From positions 26,474,001 through 26,538,000 of the forward strand of contig OZ004611.1 of the NCBI GenBank assembly GCA_963924565.1: a DNA stretch of 64,000 nt, in the 5' to 3' direction. The stretch comes from Ascidiella aspersa (taxonomy: Eukaryota). A program made the translations under genes and the position numbers. Below, piece after piece: positions 55,648-64,000 of this stretch (within the stretch, counting starts at the first letter, position 1; each line of letters opens with the position of its first letter). Below the pieces are notes generated by a model that was not told the DNA's origin, did not search any database, and was given only the letters and a program-made list of their open reading frames with translations.

Positions 55648-58600
55648 GAAAGGTCTAATGTGTAACTGTATCGCCTAGGATTAAAATGAAGTGACAAAAA
55701 CTTCTTGAAGCTCCATCCAATAGGATTAAAGATGGAGCCATTCTCGGAATCAGTAATTACAGTAATAGATGCGACTCCAAAAAATCCTCCTAAATGAACT
55801 TATTGGCAAACTGTTGGCCCCGGTTCAGACTTTTCACTGCGAAGCACCACACCCCGGGCGTATGACTTCGAACCCGAAGGCGAAGGTGAAGCGACACCGT
55901 ATAGTTGCGTTCTGCTTGCCAATGTCAAACGCGCCCACAGAGTGCGAAAAAGCAAAACAAGCGCTCGTAAAACCAGCGGGAGGCGAGGCGACGGAATTTG
56001 CTGTCGTCGCGAGAATCCAGTTACGAGCGAGCCAATATACCGCTAAAGGTCTTCGGAAACCTGCCGGGCCAACCTTGAAACCGATAACTTAGATTGATTT
56101 TAATTCCCATATTAGGTTACAATTAGAATTACAGAATTCGCTAAGTATTGAATTTAATCTAATCCAATCTAGAAGTTCTTGCTTGAAACCGAGAACTGGA
56201 AAACTGGATTTTGTTCAAATTTTTCGACTTGGATTAAGTAAAAAAAAGCATTTCAGTTTTTCTAAATCAGATAATCATTAAAATCACAGAATTTACTAAG
56301 TATTAAATTTAATTTAATCTAATCTGAACTAGAACTACCTTTATTAATTAACAATCAAGTTGTGCTAATCTCACTTGACATAAATATAATTTCAGGGTGA
56401 GAATGTTGCTTTTCAGTCCGATATAATTAACCGTCATAACTTGTTCCAAGACAGAAATTTAAACTTTCTGAAACATAGTGGCGTTTTAGGAAAAAAGGGA
56501 AATTATGGATTAGGACAAGAAATTGGTCAGTCTGACGTTTTACAATGATAGCATTGGAATTGCGCTCTAAACAGAACAATCTGGTTGTCGTTTTTTATTA
56601 TTACGCTGAAACTACAAAATAGATCGACGGGCGAGAATAAAAAGTAGCACCTATCCAGAAGCAAAAGGTGTGGGCTAAAGGCCAAGCCCAGTTAACTTTA
56701 AGAATTACGAGGTTTTCAGAATTTGAAGCACAGATATGCTCGAGTGTTATATCGACTCGACCATGAAGCGTCGGTATTTTTTGCATACTTACAACGGTAT
56801 ATAACGAAGCAAGAACCATCTAGCTGTAAAAGTCTGCTTGGAACATTACAGGCCGGTGAGGCCACCCATGGGACTTGTTGTGGGAGTCGGATGACGGCCA
56901 AGAGATGATAAAAGTTCGCGCCGCGAATTTTGCTAGACAAAGGCTCAATGTCGCAACCTTGGCTTCCTGGCGAGAGTTTTTTTTCATGAGAAAAGCCACT
57001 CTGTAAGGAGGTTTACGTTTAACTGACATAGACTGGAAGCTGCTTTTAAACAGTAATTTGGAAAGAGTTCCGTACTTCGGAATTTCGGCAAAATGGACGC
57101 CGAAATCAGTAGGCCTTGACCTTAGGAATTTTTGGCGAAACAAGTAGTATTTCTAGTAGTAAAATATACCGAAGGTTTAGTTTGGCATGGAAGTCAACAC
57201 TCTGTTTTTTGTATTTTTTCTGTTTTTAAATACATCGAATTATATCTCATTTGCGCATAGTATTTCGTACTTTTAAGGTTACGTGAGACTGAGTCTGTTA
57301 TAATTTATGATGCCGAGTTATTACTGTAGTTTTTGCCAAACTTTTTTTTTGCCAAAAAGCTGAATGTTGGCGTACGAAAGGAAAACTTGCAATGTACTTA
57401 ACCTTCGCATCTTTAGACCAAAGATAAATAATCAGTTTCTATGCTTGATCGAAGCTTATTTGGGGCTATTGTGTTGTTTTTGAATCTTCATAAAAATAAT
57501 CAACTGTTGTTCAGAGCCGACTTGAAAATGTTTTTGCAAGTATGATGTGTTACTTAACTTTTGAAAGGATAAATTTTAACAGGTTGATGAGTTAGGTACC
57601 AAAGTCTTTTTTTATAAATAAATCAAGTAAACACGTATGTGTAGCATTCTTAAAATATTTTTATGATAAATGAAAACATACGTTTAATTCAATGATGTTT
57701 TATTTAACTGAGTTGACAACTTATTGCATTAATGGGGGTGTTTATAATATATTTTTATATCCTTTTGATTTGTCAATATCGTTACCATTTTTGGTCGTTG
57801 TTCAACATCGGTTCAGACTATATTAGGGCGTTTCGTCACTACACCATTGTTTTTGTGTGGCTATATATTCTTTTAATGAATATAGATCGGCAGTTGGTCT
57901 TACGAGTAGATTTAGATTTACAGCACTATTTCTTTTTTTGATTTCTGTTAAATAAAATCCCGAAAAAACTTTTGTATCGCATGTTCCAAATATAGCTCAC
58001 TGGCTATGTCACACAGTTCCTAATAATCAGCCAAACTCTGTCACCCATCCCATGTCTAATATCCTTAATTTCCCAAAACTTGCGACGCTCTGTGGCCTCA
58101 GGAAGCACGAATAACAACAATCCATCGACATTAGCGGACTCCTTCAATCGAATGCTTTATAAGGTCAGTAGCCGGCCGTCTTGTCTTTCCCATTTCAGTC
58201 AACTCCTATATTGATCAGCAGGCGCGCGTGCTCAGGTCTTGCGCACATAATTGAGATGGGCTGTTTTATGGTAGCTGTGTGCTTCTAACAAGCAATCGGG
58301 GGTCGACTTACCGATGCATCGACTAACTGAGGCGAAAGCTCGCTCTTTCGCTCAGTCGGTCGTTTGCCTTTTTGGCTCGGGTCAGTCTTCTGGGAGTAGA
58401 AGTTCTAGTTCGAAACGAACCTCATTTATTGGCGACTGATTTATTGGACACGACAATGAGCACGAGTAACGGACTCTTCTCTGCACGTACGACTTAACCG
58501 ATCCTGACCCAAATGGGCCTTAACCTTTTTTCATTAGCTGCTATTGAGAAGAACACGTTTCTTCGTCAGTTTACTCTCTTTACATTTAAAAACGTTTTTG

Positions 58601-59689
58601 TCACATTTTGAATCCGCAACTTGATACTAATACGATTAAACAAAACTAGAATTATGTATTACCTTGCATTCGAGTTAACCAGGGGTTCCTATATTGGGGT
58701 CCATACATTGCTCAAAGGTTTGTTCATGAAGGCCTAATCAAAATATTCGTGTGTAGTTAAAAATGGAATGTTTTTTTTTTAAAGAAAAGAGTACTGTTTA
58801 TTTCTAGACTTATTTTATCCCATTGACTTTATGAAACCCGGTTGTGCTATTTTTTGTTATTTTTTACTGTTACAGATTTTAATTTTAAGAACGAGGCAAA
58901 TACACCTAACACCTGCTGATTTTTAAGGTTTTGGTTTTAAAGAAATACCTCAAATAACCTATAACTATTGGTAACGACAAATGGTTTGGGGTAAAACGTG
59001 GCACAGAATTCAAATTACTTGTTCAATCAAAACATTTCACACACGAGTAATTCGTCATGATAGGCTCAGCGCCTCTTGAAGGTAAGCTGAAATCTCGGAA
59101 TTTACACCTTTAAATTAGCTCACGTGCCATTTGCGAAGAGAAGTCGTAGTTTTTGCGCCTTGTCGCAAACCCAATAAAACATGACGACCCTGGCATGATT
59201 GAAACAGTGTTTTTGTAGACCCAGCGTTTTGAACGCCACCCAAACTAAACAACTGTGTTTAGACTTGCACAAAGGAGAAAAAATTGCGGATATAATTTTT
59301 ATGTCTTTAACGCCCAAAACAAGTGGTCGGCATAACACAGAGCCTCTCTAAATATGGGTCGTGAAGGGGATGCGCGATTTTTCAGAGATCACGGGTTCAC
59401 GAGTATGTAAACCGACATATTTTATTCTGATACCCTAAATTTTGGGAAGAAAGTATCACAATCCGACTATATCCGATTACATAAAATGAAGTCATCACTT
59501 TGTTCAAACATGCAATATTGATGAACTTTAACGTTTAAAGGTATTGTACCAGGTTGTTTGTCAACACGTAGCTTTAGCGTTAACTAAGTTATCCACGTTT
59601 TTAACCTATTAATTTTATGTTTTGCCTTTAAAGATGGAAATCACTGACTTGAATCGCAAATCTTGACTGAAAGTCCTATATTAATTTGG

Positions 59690-59760
59690 TTTAGGATCGT
59701 TACTGATACTACCATTGAAATCGAGTATCGGCTCCGATCCGATATTATCGGTCATCCCTA
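59690..59760 (-). mobile_element. Fragment of a TAGGGATG-terminated, CCGAT-rich MITE family
   Basis: Ends ATCGGTCATCCCTA; related ends or fragments near 39285-39312, 18570-18668, 38970-39040 and 34000-34050. Confidence 0.5.
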
Positions 59761-61420
59761 ATCACGAGTAAGACTACATCAAAATCGTGGTGTACGATGT
59801 ATCATTTATAGGCAAATGTTCAAACCAATGCAACTCCCTGGATACTTTCCCCAGTAAACGCATGCCCAAGTAAAATACGATTAATGTGCGAACATAGTTG
59901 AATATACTAAAATGGTTCGAATACTAAACGGTTTAAAAATCACATGTAAAAAACAAGCATTCCCCTCTTGGTATTAACTTAGCTACGGTATTCCTTGTAA
60001 CCTCTTTAGCTTTAATGGGAGGCGCTTCGTGGCGTTATGCAAGGGCCAAGCGCATACTAATTGCCTCGCATCATTACGCGCCGCTCTACGTAAATCGAAA
60101 AACGCCAAAGCCGCGCTGGTTCGATCCACATCTAATTTCCTTCACTTTAGCCTGGAGCCAAGGTGCTGAAAACTAAAGGCTGCCGGAGCGTCGGAGCAAA
60201 ACGAACACACTGATCAATAGCGATAAATATTGATGCTCGTTTTGCCGCTTTATTTTGCCTCGCCCTGTGTCTCTTGCCAACTTATCTGGGGCCCGGCCTG
60301 TCGCTCTCGACGCGTCCGACTTGATTTTGATGGAAAACACCTTTCGCCTGTTCGTCTGTCGCGCTCCGTCCGTGTACCTGTCGATTTACGTTAGGGCGCG
60401 ATTGGCGAACAGGCGAAATTCCTTCGCTTGCTTAATCGATGGCGAGGGCAGGGAGGCTGTTCATGGACTGCGCCCGAAGACAAAATTAACTGCTTGGGCC
60501 TATGTGAAAGTGATTGGTGAGCCGTTTGCCGCGGCACACCGGTGTGCATCCAGAACATCGCAAGTGTAAATATTCGTTTGTTATAACACAACCTATATAA
60601 GTATTGTAATACAAATTTACCATTTTAATGCACACTAGTATACACTCATTACAAAGTGAGGGCATTACGATATTAACATGCTGCCTTTACGAAGTGATAT
60701 TTTCAGGTTACGTTATTTATATTTGGTTTTAATTAAAATATCAATGCCTAAACTGACATTTCGCTATTTACAAATGTTTGGATAATAAAACTCATTTCGT
60801 TTCGGCAATATATTCCATTTAATTCCGAAACGTTTGTAAAGAGCGAAATGTCAATCTTGTCGAACATTAGGGCTCTGACAGTTTGGAAACATTACTAAGC
60901 AACCCGTGTGTTGTGCTGCAAAGTTTGTAAAAAGGTGTTTTTATGAAATTTATTAGAGTTCCACTAGCTACTGTGATATAAGGACCCAAGCCGTATTTAT
61001 CTCACACAAAGGATGTTTATTAGGGAGGCCAGTAGAGGTATACGCTTTTCGCAGACCCCCGACTTTATAAAGTTTGTTTCCCATAAACTGGAAATAGTAA
61101 TTTGACCAATAAAACGTATTTGACTTTTAATCGGAATAGCACAAATTAAACTTTTAGCTGATATAGAGTACATAGCCAAAGCTCAATATTTAATATTTGT
61201 CAGGTGTGCGGCAACGCCCGAACAGAGTTCGGACCAATCGGAAGTAATATAAAAATAAGATTTTGGAGAAAAGTTTGTTTTGTAACATTAAAAAAGAAAG
61301 TTTTGTTTTGTAACATTTTGCAATATTGTTTCAGCCAAAAAGGACGGTATATATTTTAGCTAAAAAACATAACTCTTTTTATATTATTTTTTTTGCTACG
61401 TTCGCGACAAGTACTTAGAT

Positions 61421-61718
61421 CAGTGCTTCTCAACCCACGGGTCGCGACCCAAAATTGAGTCGCTGTCTGATTTGGTTGGGTCGCCGACCGCATTGGCTCA
61501 CATGTTTATACTAATTGAGATTGGTTATGAGAAACAAATTTGGAAAATTAAGGAAGCAATACAAATAATGTCTTATAATAATTTTTAAAATTCGAAATTC
61601 TTTATGCTTATGCCTAATTTTGTTCGCTTACAAGAAAAAACAATTGGGTCGCCAAAGCTTAGTCGTCATACTTACACATACCATTTGGGTCGCCGCGAAA
61701 AAAGGTTGAGAAGCAATG
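61421..61718. mobile_element. hAT-superfamily MITE, complete
   Basis: TIR CAGTGCTTCTCAACC/GGTTGAGAAGCAATG; perfect 8-bp TSD ACTTAGAT (61413-61420, 61719-61726); GGGTCGC repeats; related decayed pieces near 22660 and 42765. Confidence 0.93.
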
Positions 61719-64000
61719 ACTTAGATTCTAATATACGAGTTCTCATACTCGACATGGGTGTTGTCATTTATTATGATTAGGACCAGAATTTACTTTTAGC
61801 CATAATCCGTATCCGAAGCTTTTGACTCGGCATTTATTAAAGCAGCATGCTAGCGAGGGTACTCGAACTGTACACGAGTACTCGTATTTGGTACGAGATA
61901 TGACAGCTTTTTTACTGTTACCCTTGAAATGTAAGCAATTCAAAACGAGGTAAGGTTTTGCCAATCTTAAGTTTTTATGAAGTGTTTATCGTGGATACGT
62001 TGAGAAACACATTTGAAACGAGAGACACGCTATACGGGTTTTCAACGAAAGTTACCCGCTTTAAACCAGTATTTGGAGTTTGGTTTAGTATTTTCGTTTT
62101 GTTGATATAATATTTTAACCGCTGAAAAATGTTTATACAGACTTTAGGCGAAAATTCCATAATAAGTGAAAACATAACCTAAACATAACGTGTCTAAGAA
62201 GTATACTTATTTAATTAAATACTGCCAGATTCAAACAAACCTGGCCAGTAAACGAATTCATTTTGTCAAGCAATTTTCGTCCAACATTTAAATATAAACT
62301 TAAATACAAAAACATCGCTATGCATAAAATAGGAATCTGTTGAGACGTCAAATATTGATAAACAAGGTATCAGTTATTTGCATCCTCGTTTTGAAAAAAT
62401 AACACTAGTGATTTCGCCCAAACGAACCGTAACGCCCTTGAAGCCGCAATAGCGCACACATTAAAACAATATGGCCCCGGTCAAAGAGGAACGAAATATA
62501 TTGGGAGCTCGACACTAAGCTCATTACAGGCAGGAGAACCCGAATGACGTTTGACCGTCGTGCTTATACCTTGCTTTACCGTGGCACGTGCAATTACAAA
62601 GCGTGTATTTGGAGCCAGCGGCTAATCCGGGTCGCAAGTGTATTAAAGGGCACCTGACCCGCGACGCGATCGCGGATTAATTGCGACGGGAATATGAAAT
62701 ACGCACTCGACGTCGCGAGATTCGACGCGCGAACGAGAATTGGACCAGCTTGCACATGGCCTCTCTGAAAGCTGCCAGACTAGACCTTTTCCATTTCCAA
62801 TTTTCTCTCGTTTTTTAAACCGTCGAAGAGTTTTTAAAGCGGTGCAAAAGCGCAAGTTAAGTTTTTAAAACAGTGATTTTTTTCTTTTTTTACCTGTGAT
62901 TCGGCATTTTTTTACTTTGTTGAAGCTTCTGGTCGATATTTGATATTTCGTCGTTATTCAACACTTAAAAAGTACACCCTCGCCTTAAAAGCAGCCAATT
63001 TTCCTACTAAAACAGGCATAAAAATTGGAGCTGCCTGACTCTAAGGTGGCCATGTATGCCGAGCCTCTACCTTAAATACCAAGCCTCAACATTGCTTTGC
63101 ATTTGACCATTTTAAACTCCAGCAGATTAAGTAGGAAAACATACGCAAGATAAAATTCAACTCATATAGTAAGAATATCAAAGCCCATACAAAAGTAGGT
63201 ATCATTTTGAACGTTTCGAATATCTCTTTATTCATTTTCAACATCTGTTTTGAAAATGAATATGTTGAAAATAAATAAAGATATATATTCGAACGTTCAA
63301 TATGATATCTACTTCAGTATGGGCGTTGATATTCTTACTATGTCTTACTAAAAGCTCTAACCATCATGCTCCAAAATTCAAGTCACTTTCAAGGTAGAGT
63401 AACCTGACCTAATTAAAGGTTTATTTCAATACAAATAGGGCGATAAGAATAAAACAGTTCTACCCAGGACACGGCCCTTAAACGAACAGGTCCCCTAACC
63501 GTCCCGAACCCTTCAGTGTTTAGCAGTTGCGCAAAACACATTCTGAACTCGTTCAGAGCGAATGCACTTGTCTGCCTGCGTAAGAGGCCCGAAGCACTCC
63601 TACCTGGAGCTGCAGGAAAGGCGGCGGCTTAGCGGGTGCCTTGTGTGCAATGTAACACTAAGGTATTAAATGCCGAGTTATGCTCCGCGAAGGGGTGTTG
63701 CTTTTGAACCGCTTTGTTCATCTAGTATTTGTGTATATTCTCTTTGCAGTCTGTGTTTTAAGACAGCTATCCAAAATTGTTCGAAACTGTATCCGTTACG
63801 AATCGTCGCAATCTTTGTTAACGACAGTGGGTAGCTCTTTGGAAACGGATTATACTATTTTCAGTATTGTATTCTGTGCTTACAGGCTATGTTCACTGTT
63901 TAAACTGTATTTGGTTACACAATTTCCAATGTAGTACTTTATGTTTTTTCGGGAATATGTGCAGCTGTTTAAAAATCTATCCTATTTTTTTTAGTGTGTT

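Larger units (their letters stand above)
35815..63725 (+). ncRNA. Array of ~22 GC-rich, self-folding non-coding modules separated by AT-rich spacers
   Basis: Islands at about 35815-36230, 36800-37020, 37280-37915, 38490-38800, 40480-40815, 41465-41725, 43355-43835, 44615-44855, 45240-45600, 46730-47300, 47760-47920, 48770-49650, 51350-51660, 52390-52685, 53660-54190, 55800-56090, 56600-57145, 58080-58520, 59115-59410, 60015-60570, 62410-62855, 63460-63725; no credible ORFs; nested helices with + strand G-T wobbles. Confidence 0.55.

Noticed and set aside
60030-60128. Pol III promoter in the 60-kb module (GGTTCGATCC)
   Set aside because: The A box is poor, T4 runs occur soon downstream, and other modules lack such boxes.
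35794-63934. ORFs of 60-130 codons overlapping the GC-rich islands
   Set aside because: They occur on both strands and in several frames, are Arg/Ser/Cys-rich without recognisable domains, often have non-ATG starts, and cannot be joined by splice sites. This is expected from stop-codon depletion in GC-rich DNA.

Overview
AT-rich, intron-containing animal genomic DNA. Short introns and hAT-type MITEs suggest a marine invertebrate, possibly a tunicate (inference only). (1) 1-15.0 kb: the 3' 17 coding exons (about 817 aa, all GT-AG, phases consistent) of an EFCAB6-like multi-EF-hand gene on the + strand. (2) No credible intact protein-coding gene was found in 15.3-64 kb. That region holds a decayed micro-exon repeat gene (25.5-27.0 kb) and a 4-copy, ~1.2-kb tandem array (28.36-33.0 kb). 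The array's core is an unrecognised ~460-nt, heavily structured RNA polymerase III-type gene (A box, B box, T7 terminator, bistable 3' domain). (3) 35.8-63.7 kb holds about 22 GC/CpG-rich islands of 150-900 nt, one every ~1-2.5 kb, plus outliers at 23.1 and 27.3 kb. I see no sequence similarity among them, yet each folds by eye into a multibranched + strand RNA structure. Many are closed by an end-to-end helix and several carry 8-11-bp pseudoknot pairings. The transposons I could delimit lie only in the spacers. This array is the best candidate for an undescribed system, but it needs folding statistics, covariation and expression data. Penelope-type hammerhead motifs and several hAT MITEs with 8-bp TSDs are also present.
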